Under the pieces are notes generated by a model. It was not told the DNA's origin, did not search any database, and was given only the letters and a program-made list of their open reading frames with translations. The position numbers and the translations under genes are program-made. Of a stretch of DNA of 64,000 nucleotides, positions 47,186 through 57,895 are shown in pieces (the stretch's first letter is position 1; each line of letters starts with the position of its first letter). The stretch spans positions 17,219 through 81,218 of the forward strand of contig JBBIRF010000007.1 in assembly GCA_037441905.1 (NCBI GenBank). The letters are read 5' to 3'. This DNA is from Candidatus Aminicenantes bacterium (GTDB lineage Bacteria > Acidobacteriota > Aminicenantia > Aminicenantales > CALLJL01).

Positions 47186-49592
47186 ACAAGGGTTTTCCGG
47201 CTGGCCTCTTTTCCCGGTTGCTGTCGCAATCGTCCTGGGTATTGTTACGGGAAAAACTATTTCGCTGCCTCTCGCTGCCTACCTTATCCTTTTTTCGATT
47301 TTTCTCGGCCTTGCCTGGCTTTGTTTTTTCCGTCGCCGGCTTCTAACGTCCCTCGTCTTCAGTATTTTTGCCTTTTTCTTTTTTGGAGCCAGTTATTACG
47401 TGCTTTACGACAGAGCCTTTGAGTCCAACCCTCTGAGGTCAATCCGCCATCTTGATTACCTCGACCTCGAAGGTAGCATCCTGAAAACACCGGCTCTTAC
47501 CACGGATAGCGTTCAGCTTCTGGCGAGGGTTAAGAAGGTATACACCCAGGGAAAAGAAACAAAGGTGGACGGCCGCGTTCAGGTAAGCTTCCCGCTAACG
47601 GCCAATTCAGCCCGCCCAGACCTTTTAGCTGGCGACCAGGTAAGAATCTCAGCTCGTCTGCTGAATGACGACGATTTTAGCAATTTCGGCCCCAAGATTT
47701 CTTTGTTAGTCATAAAAAGCCAGAATATTCATCGCCGGGCTTATTCCAAAAGCCCGCTTCTCGTCGAAAAAATAAGACCGGCGGCGAAAATTAGCTGGCG
47801 CCGGGAAATCTCCAGGTTGCATCGATACCTCCAGCAAAAAATTGAGAAGCATTTCCAATCCGCAGAGGGGACGCTGTCGCGCGAGGGCGCCTTCCTCGAG
47901 GCCATTCTCCTCGGCGACCGGGGGAGGCTGGACGAAGCTTCCATCCGCCACCTCCAGAGCTCCGGGCTTTTTCACCTGATCGCGATCTCTGGCGCCCATA
48001 TTGCAATTATTTCTTTTCTCCTTTTCCATCTGCTGAGTCTTCTCCGTCTTCCCGCTGAGGGGCGTTCTTTATTCATGATTTTATGCCTTGTGTTTTATGC
48101 GCTTCTGGTTGAAGGGAGACCTTCAGTCGTCCGGGCAACTTTTATGGCCACGCTTTATCTTTTCGGCCGACTGCTGTGGAAAGATACTTCCTTGCTTAAT
48201 ACCCTCTCTGCCGCCTGTCTCTTTCTTGCCCTGATTAACCCGTTACAGGTTTTTGACGCTGGGTTCATCCTGACGTTTATGGCCACGCTGACCATAATCA
48301 TCTTCTTCCCGGTAATTAAACGATATTTGCCTATCCTGCCGCTTCGGCTTACGGACTTAACAGTTGTTTCTGTATCCGCCCAGCTCGGCGTCATGCCTTT
48401 TGTCGCCTCTTCTTTTAACCGGATAACGCTCGGCAGCATTATTCTCAACCTTGCGGCTGTGCCGCTTGTCGGGTTAACTATGGCTTCGGGCTGGCTCTTT
48501 TTACTCGCGGCGGCAATCAACCCAATTGTAGGCTCGTGGGTTGCTTGGGTGGTCAAGAATCTCATCCAGCTTTTTTTCCTGCTAACGCAAGTTTTCGCCG
48601 GCTTCGCGCCGTTTTCCTATCGAGTGCCCACCCCGCCGCTCTGGGTTATCGTCGCGTATTTTGTTTTTCTTTTTGCTCTCCTTGCCCCTCGAGTCTTCCG
48701 TTATCAAAAACTTGTGTCCGTCTGCTTTTTCAGTTTAGCTTTGTTTTTCCTCCTCATTCATCCCTTCCCGGCAACCAGTCGTTATCTCCGGGTAACCATG
48801 CTCGACGTCGGCCAGGGCGAATCAATCCTGGTCGAATTTCCCGGAAAGGAAAAAATGCTCATCGACGGCGGCGGCTTCCAGGACGACTCCTTCGACGTGG
48901 GTGAGTATGTGGTTTCTCCTTTTCTCTGGCGAAAAGGAATAAAGCGGGTTGACTACCTCGTCCTTACCCATGCTCACCCTGACCACCTGAACGGGCTCCG
49001 GGCGGTTGCCCGAAATTTCCGGGTAAAAGAGTTCTGGGAAGCCATCTCGCCTGAGGACTCAAAAAACTACCAGGAATTAAAATCGCTCCTCTCGCGCTCC
49101 GTAGAGCACCGTCGCTTTTTCCGTGATGACCGATTAAGCTTTTCCGGGTTCACCCTGGAGTTCTTGCACCCCCCTCGGCCAACTTACCCTTTTAGGCCTG
49201 TTTCCAACGAAGATTCGCTTGTTTTTCGGCTGAGCGGCCGCTCGGGGCTGTTTCTTTTTACCGGCGATATTGGCCAGCCGAGCGAAGCTGAGATTCTGGG
49301 AACAGCCGCGGAGCTGAGGGCGGCTGTGCTTAAGGCAGCGCATCACGGAAGCCGCACCTCAAGCTCCGAGCCATTTGTCCTGAAGGTTAACCCCAAAATA
49401 GTCCTTGTCAGCGCCGGGCGTTCGAATGTTTACGGCGTGCCTCATCCAGAAATCATGGCCAGGTTCGAGCAGGCTGGCGCCGAAATCTTCCGGACGGATG
49501 AAGACGGCGCCATCGAGCTGACTTATAAGCCACAAGAAATCGTCATTCGCACTTCCCGCTCCCGCCGGGTTGTCGTTAAAAGAGCCGATTAA
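47133..49592 (+). CDS. comEC: DNA internalization-related competence protein ComEC/Rec2 (DUF4131 + competence + metallo-beta-lactamase domains)
   Basis: Polytopic membrane core. C-terminal MBL motif HAHPDH. 819 aa. Confidence 0.8.
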   Translation: MIVSKGQAQLSLSPGISKQGFSGWPLFPVAVAIVLGIVTGKTISLPLAAYLILFSIFLGLAWLCFFRRRLLTSLVFSIFAFFFFGASYYVLYDRAFESNPLRSIRHLDYLDLEGSILKTPALTTDSVQLLARVKKVYTQGKETKVDGRVQVSFPLTANSARPDLLAGDQVRISARLLNDDDFSNFGPKISLLVIKSQNIHRRAYSKSPLLVEKIRPAAKISWRREISRLHRYLQQKIEKHFQSAEGTLSREGAFLEAILLGDRGRLDEASIRHLQSSGLFHLIAISGAHIAIISFLLFHLLSLLRLPAEGRSLFMILCLVFYALLVEGRPSVVRATFMATLYLFGRLLWKDTSLLNTLSAACLFLALINPLQVFDAGFILTFMATLTIIIFFPVIKRYLPILPLRLTDLTVVSVSAQLGVMPFVASSFNRITLGSIILNLAAVPLVGLTMASGWLFLLAAAINPIVGSWVAWVVKNLIQLFFLLTQVFAGFAPFSYRVPTPPLWVIVAYFVFLFALLAPRVFRYQKLVSVCFFSLALFFLLIHPFPATSRYLRVTMLDVGQGESILVEFPGKEKMLIDGGGFQDDSFDVGEYVVSPFLWRKGIKRVDYLVLTHAHPDHLNGLRAVARNFRVKEFWEAISPEDSKNYQELKSLLSRSVEHRRFFRDDRLSFSGFTLEFLHPPRPTYPFRPVSNEDSLVFRLSGRSGLFLFTGDIGQPSEAEILGTAAELRAAVLKAAHHGSRTSSSEPFVLKVNPKIVLVSAGRSNVYGVPHPEIMARFEQAGAEIFRTDEDGAIELTYKPQEIVIRTSRSRRVVVKRAD

Positions 49593-49641
49593 TGATAATT
49601 GATTATTAAGGATAAGAAGATAAAGGGAAGATAAACATTAA

Positions 49642-49674
49642 GAGCGGCATCAGAGGAAAATCGCTCTTTCCTCC
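49642..49674 (+). terminator. putative intrinsic terminator downstream of comEC
   Basis: Hairpin GAGCG-15 nt-CGCTC followed by a TTTCC T-poor tail. Weak. Confidence 0.25.
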
Positions 49675-50074
49675 CTCGCCCCTTCTCCGCTGTTGCCTGG
49701 AAGTGAATAACCTGCAAGTCAATAAGATGGATAAGTTTTTTGGTCCGGTTCAAACAATCCCTGGTAAGAGAGCTCTCGTCGGCCTGGCACCCCGCCCAAT
49801 CTCAATATAGTAATTTTCCATTGCCAAGAAAACCTTATGGAGCATGCAGCAACTACTCCCCTCGGCTTCTGGTTATTTCGGTAAAAGCGCGGTAATTTAA
49901 TAGGCTCTTATCAGCTGCCTCTCTTCTAATAACAAGGAAATAAAAGATTTTAAACAGCTTACAATTGCATTTAAAAAATGATAAAAAAACGCCAGAAGCA
50001 CCACATTTTGAGCTAATGAGCCTCGGCTTCCTTGACAGAAGAAGGGGGAAAGAATAAATTATTATTAGAGTTTA

Positions 50075-50659
50075 ATGAAATTGAAATTAATTAGCGGGGT
50101 TATTATCTTCGCAATAGGGGCGGGATTTCTCTGGCCGCAAAGCCTGGCAGAATTGGCTAAGAAGGAGAAAGAAAGGCGGGAAAGCCTCAAGGATAAGAAA
50201 GCAATCGTGGTAACAAACGAAGACCTCGCCCGGGTAAAACGCCGGGTCGCCCTGGAGACCGGTCCGCCTTCTGCCTCGCTTCCAGAGCAAATGTCAACCG
50301 AAACTCGCGAGGAGACAGGAGCCCAAAGACCCCCTTCCCGGGTTATGCCGGTTACAGTTGACCAGCAGTCACCGGTCATATTTCCTGAGGGTTCAGGAAG
50401 CGACCAGAAGAGCCTCGAAGAAAGGTACCAGAAGGCGAAGGAATATGTCGAGCTCTTAACGCTGAAGCTCAACGCTCTCTGGCAGGAGTTTTACAGCCTC
50501 GACGACATGACGCCGCGGGATACGATCCAGCAAGCGATTGCCGAAACCTTCCTCAAGCTGCAAAAAGCTCAGGAAGAGGAGGATAAAGCGAGAGCCGAGT
50601 TAGAGAAGTATCTTTCCCGGGTTAAAAAAGAATCTGTTCCTTCTATCTGGATCAGATAA
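50075..50659 (+). CDS. hypothetical secreted coiled-coil protein
   Basis: Signal peptide. Charged helical C-terminal half. No recognisable family. Confidence 0.4.
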   Translation: MKLKLISGVIIFAIGAGFLWPQSLAELAKKEKERRESLKDKKAIVVTNEDLARVKRRVALETGPPSASLPEQMSTETREETGAQRPPSRVMPVTVDQQSPVIFPEGSGSDQKSLEERYQKAKEYVELLTLKLNALWQEFYSLDDMTPRDTIQQAIAETFLKLQKAQEEEDKARAELEKYLSRVKKESVPSIWIR

Positions 50660-50676
50660 AATTAGAAGTCCCTACC

Positions 50677-51585
50677 TCAGCGGAAATAAATAAAAGAAAT
50701 CTGAACGCCGAGTTCTCGTTCGTCCTTTGAGTTCGGGTTTAGTTTTGCCGGGATAAAGGTTTTATCAGCCGTTACCACGAGCCGAAATTCGTCCCTGTCT
50801 CCGAGCATCTCCTTTTTGATATTGTATGTTTTTTCGAAAGCGCTTTCCGTCGGGACGAATTCTTCCAAGACTGTGTCGTTTATCTTAAATATAACTTTTT
50901 GACCCGGGACCGCCTCGAGGTTGACCCCGCCCCGGATAACCAGGGTAGCGTCCCGATGGGGGTTATCAATAACGCAGACAGCCTCTTTGGCCGTCCAGCG
51001 CCACTGTTTCAGGAAGGCGTTCGGGTCGATTTCAAGGTCATACCAGCCATTCTCGTAAATTATCTCGGGAGTATCAGGAGGCGGCGGGACAACGGTGAGC
51101 TTCTTAACCAGGACCTCGGACTTGGATTTTCCTGTCCGGTCGTAGGGGGAATAAAGGCCAACCACTAAACGCAGCGTTTCCTCACCTTTAAACTCGGGGT
51201 CAAACTCGTCGATGAACTTAGGAATATATATTCGTCTTACGTAGCTGTATTCTTTATCGGGCTCCCATTTGGAGGTGGGTACAGAAGGGACATGGTCATC
51301 CTGGAAAAGCAGGTTATTCCTGTGCCAGAAATGAACATAAACATTTAAATCATTTTCCAGGGGGGCAAAGTCCTTGGTGGTTTTCCATTTATACTGCATA
51401 TCGGTTAACAGGTTGTCGCTCAGGGTTTTTTCGGCAAAACCGACTGCGAGCTCCAACCCTTTTATCTCGACCTTTTTCTGACATGAACCTAAAGCCAAAA
51501 AGAGAGCTAAAATCATGCCGAATGATAACCAGCGCTTCATGACCAACCTCCGGCTAAAATCTTTTATTTTTTGATTATAAGGCAA
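50677..51585 (-). CDS. hypothetical lipoprotein
   Basis: Lipobox LALGSC after an internal Met (MKRWLSF is the probable start). Beta-rich. No recognisable family. Confidence 0.45.
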   Translation of the reverse strand: MPYNQKIKDFSRRLVMKRWLSFGMILALFLALGSCQKKVEIKGLELAVGFAEKTLSDNLLTDMQYKWKTTKDFAPLENDLNVYVHFWHRNNLLFQDDHVPSVPTSKWEPDKEYSYVRRIYIPKFIDEFDPEFKGEETLRLVVGLYSPYDRTGKSKSEVLVKKLTVVPPPPDTPEIIYENGWYDLEIDPNAFLKQWRWTAKEAVCVIDNPHRDATLVIRGGVNLEAVPGQKVIFKINDTVLEEFVPTESAFEKTYNIKKEMLGDRDEFRLVVTADKTFIPAKLNPNSKDERELGVQISFIYFR

Positions 51586-51609
51586 CCGGCGCTTATTTGT
51601 AAAGTGCGC

Positions 51610-51804
51610 CGCTCTTTTGGGTTAACTTATAGCACCCAGGGGAAGGGAAAGATATGGAAGCGGCGAGGTGGTCATCTGGCCATAGGTGTTGGGGCTGAAG
51701 AAGCAAGGGCTTTTACCAAATTAGTCCTTGAGCGAGCAGGGCTTCCTCTCTTAAAAATTTTGTTTCAACTTTTAAATGGAAGGAGGAAGCCCAAACCCAA
51801 ATGA
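51610..51804 (+). repeat. copy 2 of the conserved ~195-nt element (structured-RNA candidate or 66-aa basic mini-ORF), forward orientation
   Basis: Gap-free homology to the reverse complement of 31274-31468. 10-bp stem GGGCTTCCTC/GAGGAAGCCC enclosing an inner hairpin TTAAAAAT..ACTTTTAA. Preceded by a terminator-like hairpin at 51586-51620. Confidence 0.6.
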
Positions 51805-51988
51805 TAAGTATATATACCGCAGTTATAATGAGCTTGGCAAAGGTTTATGCTCCTTAAAAGGATTAGTGATACTTAGGTCGCTGGCGCTCAACCGAGGTCT
51901 GATGATAATAAGGCGGTCACTGATGAGCTGGCCTCAGCCACCATTTGCATCTGACTCCGGGGTAAGGTATAGTCCAGAAAGAGGTCAA

Positions 51989-53071
51989 ATGCGCCGGCTC
52001 GAAAACATAGCCTCTGCTGTGGTCCGCTTCGGCTCCTTCTGGCGCAACCTCGGTTATGACTCTGGTCTCCTCAGAACCCGCCGCCCCCCACTTCCGACTA
52101 TCAGCGTCGGTAATATTTCTTTTGGCGGCGCGGGTAAGACACCCCTGGCCATCTTTCTCCTTGGTTTTCTCAAAGAAAAAGGTTGGGCGCCCTGCTTCAT
52201 CAGCCGTGGCTACCGGGGCCAGTGGGAAAAGTCGGGCGGTGTCGTCGGCGACGGCCAGCACCTGTTAGCCAGCTGGAAACAAGCTGGCGACGAGCCATAC
52301 ATGGTGGCCATCAAGTCGCCGTCAACTCCGGTAATAGTCGGCCGCAATCGCTATCTTTCCTGCTTAAAAGCAGTCGAGCTTGGTTGTAATATCGCCGTCC
52401 TGGATGATGCTTTCCAGCACCGCCGCCTTGCTCGCGACCTGGACATCGTCCTTGTCTCACCCGAGGAACGGCCGCAGCGCGAATCTTGGCGGAGTTTGCG
52501 GCGAGCCCATATCGTCCTTGTTCGCAAAGGGTTAAATGCAGGAGACGAAGCAGCCCAAAAAATGAAAAAAAGACTAAAAAAATATATCGGCGAACAATCC
52601 GGGGTTTTTGCTTATGACCTCGTCCCGGACTCTGTTTTCTTCCTCAACGATAAAAAAACCACGGCCCCCGAGTTCCTGAAAGGACAAAAAATTGTCGCTT
52701 TTTGCGGCCTGGCCGCCCCCCAAAATTTCCGGCTGACCTTAGAAAAAATAGGCGCCTCGCTGGCCGCCTTTTTCTCTTTTCCCGACCATTACCCTTATCC
52801 CGAGAAATGTCTCCAAAAAATCATCCGCCAAATAAACCAAGTTAAGCCGGATTTAGTTGTTACGACCGAAAAGGACGCGGTTAAACTATTAGACCATGAG
52901 TGGTTTCCGAAAGAAATCCCCGTCGGCGTGCTCCAAATCAGGTTTACGGCCGAAAAGGCTTTTAGCGAGGCCCTGGAAAAATTTTTGGAAAGCCTCAAAG
53001 CCCAAAAAACCGAGCAGGTTTCAGCCGCCGGTGGGCTTGACCACCAGCAAAAAGGGTCTTCTCAGCCATGA
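51989..53071 (+). CDS. lpxK: tetraacyldisaccharide 4'-kinase
   Basis: P-loop GNISFGGAGKTP and conserved LpxK core. Start moved to the internal Met of MRRLEN because the longer ORF begins inside the repeat element. Confidence 0.8.
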   Translation: MRRLENIASAVVRFGSFWRNLGYDSGLLRTRRPPLPTISVGNISFGGAGKTPLAIFLLGFLKEKGWAPCFISRGYRGQWEKSGGVVGDGQHLLASWKQAGDEPYMVAIKSPSTPVIVGRNRYLSCLKAVELGCNIAVLDDAFQHRRLARDLDIVLVSPEERPQRESWRSLRRAHIVLVRKGLNAGDEAAQKMKKRLKKYIGEQSGVFAYDLVPDSVFFLNDKKTTAPEFLKGQKIVAFCGLAAPQNFRLTLEKIGASLAAFFSFPDHYPYPEKCLQKIIRQINQVKPDLVVTTEKDAVKLLDHEWFPKEIPVGVLQIRFTAEKAFSEALEKFLESLKAQKTEQVSAAGGLDHQQKGSSQP

Positions 53072-53997
53072 GCTCTGTTGATTTTCTCTTCTTCCTCCTG
53101 TTTCAAACCCTTAAGGCAATGATTCGTCTGCTTCCAAGGTCAGCCTGCCTCTTCTTAGGCCGATGCCTGGGCTTCTTAGCCTTCTTATGCCTCAGACGGC
53201 ACCGAAAAATAGCTTTAAAAAACCTCGAGATAGCTTTTGGGAAAGACCTGAGCGAGAACGATAAAAGGCGGCTAGCGCAGAAATCATTCGAGCATTTCGG
53301 CCAGATGACCCTGGATACGATAAAACTCGCCTCGTCGAGCGCGAAGCGGCGGGATGAACTCGTTAGGCTCGAGGGCAAAGAGAACCTCGTGGCAGCCTTA
53401 GCTATGGGACGCGGCGTCCTGATTTTCTCGGCTCACTTAGGAAATTGGGAGGTGGCCTCCTGGCCGGTCGCGCAAGTCGCGCCGCTCCATGTGGTCGCCC
53501 GGCCTCTCGACAACCCCTGGCTGGAAAAACAACTCCAGGTTTTGCGGGCGAGGTTAGGAGCCAAGGTAATCTCCAAATTCCAGGCTGCCCGACCGGTTCT
53601 CCGGGTTCTTCAAGCTAAGGAGATGGTCGCCCTGCTAATCGACCAGAATGTCCTCCGGAGTCAGGCAATTTTCGTCGATTTCTTCGGCCGGCCGGCAGCG
53701 ACGACTCCAGCCTTAGCCTCTTTTCATCTTCATAACGGGGCTCCGGTGGTTCCTGTTTTCTCCCGGCTGGCGGCCGACAAGCGCTATCAGGTGAAGGTTT
53801 ATCCCCCGCTTTCTTTCACGCTGAATAATAAACCTGAAACCGCCGTTTTATTGCAAATCACCCAGGCTTGCACTAAGATGATTGAGCAAGAAATACGCCT
53901 GGCTCCCGAGCAATGGCTCTGGTTTCACGACCGCTGGCGGACGAGGCCGACGGATAGGACAGGAGTTCCGGCTGAAGGACAGAGCGACGACATTTAA
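53068..53997 (+). CDS. lipid A biosynthesis late acyltransferase (LpxL/HtrB family, LPLAT superfamily)
   Basis: ATGA overlap with lpxK. LPLAT fold with HxxxxD-like motif region (SAHLGNWE). N-terminal membrane anchor. Confidence 0.75.
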   Translation: MSSVDFLFFLLFQTLKAMIRLLPRSACLFLGRCLGFLAFLCLRRHRKIALKNLEIAFGKDLSENDKRRLAQKSFEHFGQMTLDTIKLASSSAKRRDELVRLEGKENLVAALAMGRGVLIFSAHLGNWEVASWPVAQVAPLHVVARPLDNPWLEKQLQVLRARLGAKVISKFQAARPVLRVLQAKEMVALLIDQNVLRSQAIFVDFFGRPAATTPALASFHLHNGAPVVPVFSRLAADKRYQVKVYPPLSFTLNNKPETAVLLQITQACTKMIEQEIRLAPEQWLWFHDRWRTRPTDRTGVPAEGQSDDI

Positions 53998-54127
53998 GGG
54001 CGGGGAGAAAAAATGGCCCGATGGCCTCAAAAACCTCCATAACGCCATTACTCCAGGGAAGATAAAGGACGAAGCCCAGAAAAAGGAAACAGCTTAGCGT
54101 TGGGATAAACTGGAGAGAAGTTTTAAG

Positions 54128-54889
54128 ATGAAAGGACAACCCCCCCGGACTAATAATCGTCGGCCGAACGAGGTTCGGCCGATTAAAATCATCCCCGACT
54201 ATCTCGAATATGCCGCCGGCTCCGCCCTTATCGAGATGGGAAAAACTAAGGTGCTGGTGGCCGCCACCATCGAGGATAAGGTGCCGCCCTTTCTTAAAGG
54301 CTCGGGGACAGGCTGGATAACGGCCGAGTATTCGATGCTCCCCTGCTCGACAGAAACCAGAACGCCCCGGGACCGGACTCTCGGGAGGATGTCTGGCCGG
54401 TCGCAAGAAATTCAGCGGCTTGTCGGCCGAGCGCTGCGGGCGGCGGTCGACCTTAAGGCCCTGGGAGAGCGGCAGATTATCCTCGACTGCGACGTCATCC
54501 AGGCCGACGGCGGGACACGGACAGCCTCGGTTACGGCCGGGTGCGTGGCGGTGGCCCTGGCTCTGAAAAAGCTCCTGGACGAAAAACTGATTGCCGAACT
54601 TCCTTTGACCCACCTGGTGGCCGGCGTCAGCGTCGGCATCGTCAACGGCCAATATTTCCTCGACCTTGATTATGCTGAGGATAGCCAGGCAGAGGTGGAT
54701 ATGAACGTCGTCGAGACCGACCGCGGTCATCTCGTCGAGGTCCAGGCTACCGGCGAAAAAAGGCCTTACTCCCGGAAAGAACTATCAGCCTTGCTGCGAT
54801 TGGCTCATCTTGGAATCGAGAAGATTTTAGATGCCCAGAGGGCGGTACTTAAGAAAAAAAGCCTGCTTTTTATGGCTTTCGATAAATAA
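54128..54889 (+). CDS. rph: ribonuclease PH
   Basis: RNase PH N-terminal motif RPIKIIPDYLEYAAGSALIEMGKTKVL. Phosphate-binding segment TAEYSMLP. Confidence 0.85.
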   Translation: MKGQPPRTNNRRPNEVRPIKIIPDYLEYAAGSALIEMGKTKVLVAATIEDKVPPFLKGSGTGWITAEYSMLPCSTETRTPRDRTLGRMSGRSQEIQRLVGRALRAAVDLKALGERQIILDCDVIQADGGTRTASVTAGCVAVALALKKLLDEKLIAELPLTHLVAGVSVGIVNGQYFLDLDYAEDSQAEVDMNVVETDRGHLVEVQATGEKRPYSRKELSALLRLAHLGIEKILDAQRAVLKKKSLLFMAFDK

Positions 54890-54910
54890 CCAAACGCAAG
54901 GAGTGGCCAC

Positions 54911-55852
54911 ATGAACCGGGTGCTGGTTACGGGCGGAGCTGGTTTCCTGGGCAGTCATCTCTGCGACCGGCTTCTCAGCCAGGCGGCGGATGTAGTTTGC
55001 GTCGACAATTTCTTCTCTGGAAGCAAAGATAACATCCGCCACCTTTTCCACCATCCCTATTTCGAACTCATTCGCCATGATGTAATTCACCCTCTTTTTG
55101 TCGAAGTCGACCAGATTTACCACTTAGCCTGTCCCGCCTCTCCGATTCATTACCAGGTGAATGCTATCAAGACGGTGAAGACCAACGTCATGGGTACGAT
55201 TAACATGCTCGGTTTAGCCAAGAGAATAAAAGCCAGAATCCTTTTAACTTCATCTTCCGAAGTTTACGGGGATGCCAAGGTCCATCCTCAACCCGAGACT
55301 TACTGGGGAAACGTTAACCCGATTGGGGTCAGAAGCTGCTATGATGAGGGAAAGCGAGTCGCCGAAACCTTGATGATGGACTACCACCGGCAAAACAACG
55401 TGGATATTCGCATCGTCAGAATTTTTAACACCTACGGCCCCCGGATGGCGGTTAACGACGGCCGGGTTATAAGCAATTTCATCGTCCAGGCCCTGCGGGG
55501 GGAAGACTTAACGGTTTACGGCGACGGCAGCCAGACAAGGTCTTTCTGCTACGTTTCGGATATGATTGAAGGGTTGATTAAGATGATGCAGACTGAGAAC
55601 ATTACCGGGCCGGTGAACCTCGGTAACCCGCAAGAAATGCCCGTCCTCGAGCTTGCCGAGCTGGTGCTGAAGCTTACTGGCAGTCGTTCGAAGATAACTT
55701 TTAAACCTTTGCCGCCAGACGACCCCGGAAGGCGTTGCCCCGACATTACTCTGGCCAAGAAACTTCTTGGGTGGGAGCCTAAGGTGAGCCTGGAAGAAGG
55801 CTTGAGGCTGACCATCGAGTATTTCCGGAAAAAATTAAACCTCGAGCAATAA
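54911..55852 (+). CDS. UDP-glucuronate decarboxylase-like NAD-dependent epimerase/dehydratase (UXS/ArnA-C-like SDR)
   Basis: Rossmann motif [10 protein letters not shown]. Catalytic YxxxK (YDEGK). Strong family resemblance to UDP-xylose synthase. Confidence 0.75.
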   Translation: MNRVLVTGGAGFLGSHLCDRLLSQAADVVCVDNFFSGSKDNIRHLFHHPYFELIRHDVIHPLFVEVDQIYHLACPASPIHYQVNAIKTVKTNVMGTINMLGLAKRIKARILLTSSSEVYGDAKVHPQPETYWGNVNPIGVRSCYDEGKRVAETLMMDYHRQNNVDIRIVRIFNTYGPRMAVNDGRVISNFIVQALRGEDLTVYGDGSQTRSFCYVSDMIEGLIKMMQTENITGPVNLGNPQEMPVLELAELVLKLTGSRSKITFKPLPPDDPGRRCPDITLAKKLLGWEPKVSLEEGLRLTIEYFRKKLNLEQ

Positions 55853-55965
55853 CTGACAATAGCATGAATTTTCGTCGACCGCCGATGATTCAACGGATAA
55901 ATCGACCATAAGGGGAAAAAGCTGAGAGTTTTATGATTCCGCTGGAGGGCGTCTGAGGAGAAAGA

Positions 55966-56664
55966 ATGAGCCAATTCAAAAAACTATCCATCGTCATCCC
56001 GGCGTATAACGAAGAAAAAACGATTGCTGAAGTGATTTCCCGAGTGAAAAAGGTTGACGTCGGTCTCGAAAAGGAGATAATCGTCGTCGACGACGGCTCG
56101 ACCGACGGCACCACCCAGCTTCTAAAGCAACTGGCGAACGAGCAAGTCAAGGTTTTTTTCCATGAAAAAAACGCCGGCAAGGGAGCCGCCCTTCAAACGG
56201 GGTTTTCCCGGGCTACAGGAGATATTGTCCTGGTCCAGGATGCCGACTTGGAGTATGACCCGAGAGAATACCCACGGCTGCTCGAGCCAATCCTTGATGG
56301 CCGGGCCGACGTGGTCTACGGAAGTCGGTTTCTCGGCGGCCCTCATCGGGTGTTGCTCTTCTGGCATTACGTCGGCAACCGGTTTCTGACAACGCTCTGC
56401 AACCTTTGCGCTAACCTCAACCTGACCGACATGGAAACTTGCTACAAAGTCTTCCGGCGGGAAGTGCTGGAAAAAATCCGGCTGAAATCCAAGCGGTTCG
56501 GGTTCGAGCCAGAAATAACGGTCAAAGTCGGCAAGCTTCGCTGCCGCGTTTATGAAGTTCCCATCTCCTATTCAGGAAGAGACTATTCTGAGGGAAAGAA
56601 AATTACCTGGAAGGATGGCATCGCCGCCATCTTCCATATCCTTCGTTTTCGCTTTTTCGATTGA
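55966..56664 (+). CDS. family 2 glycosyltransferase (polyprenyl-phosphate sugar transferase-like, DPM1/ArnC/GtrB class)
   Basis: IVIPAYNEE, VVDDGSTDGT and DAD (DxD) motifs. No C-terminal TM segment. Confidence 0.75.
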   Translation: MSQFKKLSIVIPAYNEEKTIAEVISRVKKVDVGLEKEIIVVDDGSTDGTTQLLKQLANEQVKVFFHEKNAGKGAALQTGFSRATGDIVLVQDADLEYDPREYPRLLEPILDGRADVVYGSRFLGGPHRVLLFWHYVGNRFLTTLCNLCANLNLTDMETCYKVFRREVLEKIRLKSKRFGFEPEITVKVGKLRCRVYEVPISYSGRDYSEGKKITWKDGIAAIFHILRFRFFD

Positions 56665-56779
56665 AAACATAATTGCCAAAAATCAACCTCCAAAAAGCGT
56701 TTTCTCCGTTTTTGCCAGAGAGCTCGCTTTTCTCTTCGGCGCCAATCTTGGAATTTATAACCTGATTGGCTAAAATTAG

Positions 56780-57448
56780 TTGATGTTTTTTTTGCTGGGA
56801 TTACTCATCGGTTTCCTGGCTTCAGTCCCGCCAGGACCTATCAATATTTACTCCATTTCTCAGGCTCTCAGGTTCGGGTTCTGGAAAAGCGTCTCGATTC
56901 GGCTGACGGTGGCTGTTCTTGACTCCCTTTATTGTTTCCTGAGCGTCGTCTTTACCTCCCTTTTAGTTTCCCTCCTCGACCGCTGGGCCTTTACCCTGCG
57001 CTTAGCCGGAAGCGCGGCTATCACTATTGCCGGGCTTCACCTGCTCCACCTCGCCCGCTCCCACCGGGCATTAGGCCTCGGCTTGCCAAACAAAAATGAA
57101 GTGGCCGCTCCCCAGCGACTAAGCCACCCTATTCTCTTCACTTTTTTGATGTATGTTTCCAGCCCGACGCTCCCTGTTTTCTGGCTTACCGTGGCTGCCC
57201 TCGTCACTTCCCACGGGTTGGTCACTCACCATGGTTTAAAGCCTGTCCTTTTCGGGTTCGCCTGCGGCAGCGGCAGTCTGGGGTATTACATGGTTATTGC
57301 CAGAATCGGGGCCCAACTCCAGAAAAAGATGAAGCCAAAGTTTTTCGAAATAGCTTATATGGTCATGGCTTCAGTTCTTTTTCTCCTGGCCGCTTTTTCG
57401 CTGGCCGGCTTCTTTCTCTTTCGGAACCATTTTAGAAACTCCTTTTAA
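56780..57448 (+). CDS. LysE/RhtB-family small exporter
   Basis: Six predicted TM helices. N-terminal PGPxN-like motif (PPGPINI) typical of LysE-type translocators. Confidence 0.55.
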   Translation: MMFFLLGLLIGFLASVPPGPINIYSISQALRFGFWKSVSIRLTVAVLDSLYCFLSVVFTSLLVSLLDRWAFTLRLAGSAAITIAGLHLLHLARSHRALGLGLPNKNEVAAPQRLSHPILFTFLMYVSSPTLPVFWLTVAALVTSHGLVTHHGLKPVLFGFACGSGSLGYYMVIARIGAQLQKKMKPKFFEIAYMVMASVLFLLAAFSLAGFFLFRNHFRNSF

Positions 57449-57895
57449 CTGGGACAGCCCGAATTATCCAGAGCGACCACAATTGGCTATTTACAGGTTT
57501 GTTTAAGGATATCATTATTGCCAGGCTCGATTCCGCTCCCATCGCCTCTAAACCCGAAGGGACAAATGGGACTTGAATGAATACATTTGATTTTCACGGA
57601 ACAAGGGAGTGCGGAGCTAACAAGTTTTTATAAAGCCAACTTTAGAAAGATGAATGGTCTGGCTTCTTACGAGGTAATAGAGGCAATACGGCTAGAAATA
57701 GCCGGAGATTCAGAAAGTTAAGGAAGGAAAAAGGCTGTAACAGCATCGCCCAACGTTTGGCTGCCTCAACGCCCTGTCCTTGACTTTCAGGGGAGGGAAT
57801 AATAACATTTTAAGTCATTCATTATACTCGTCCTAAGGGAAAAAATTCCTGAGGGATTAGTTTTTTCTGGCCGGGCGAAAGGCCGGAAGGAGGTT

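Noticed and set aside
49740-49800. GGTTCAAACAATCC motif resembling a tRNA T-psi-C loop in the comEC downstream spacer
   Set aside because: No acceptor-stem complementarity, D-arm or anticodon arm can be built around it. It is not a tRNA.
51776-51988. Upstream extension of lpxK starting at ATG 51776 (MEGGSPNPNDKYIY...)
   Set aside because: That ATG lies inside the conserved hairpin of the repeat element. The first 70 codons show no LpxK similarity. The conserved LpxK N-terminus begins at the internal Met (MRRLEN, 51989).
53873-54730. 285-aa ORF on the - strand antisense to lpxL 3' end and rph
   Set aside because: It overlaps two well-supported + strand genes (LpxL-family acyltransferase and RNase PH) completely. 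It has an Arg/Gly/Pro-rich, low-complexity composition typical of a GC-rich antisense frame. There is no RBS or family resemblance.
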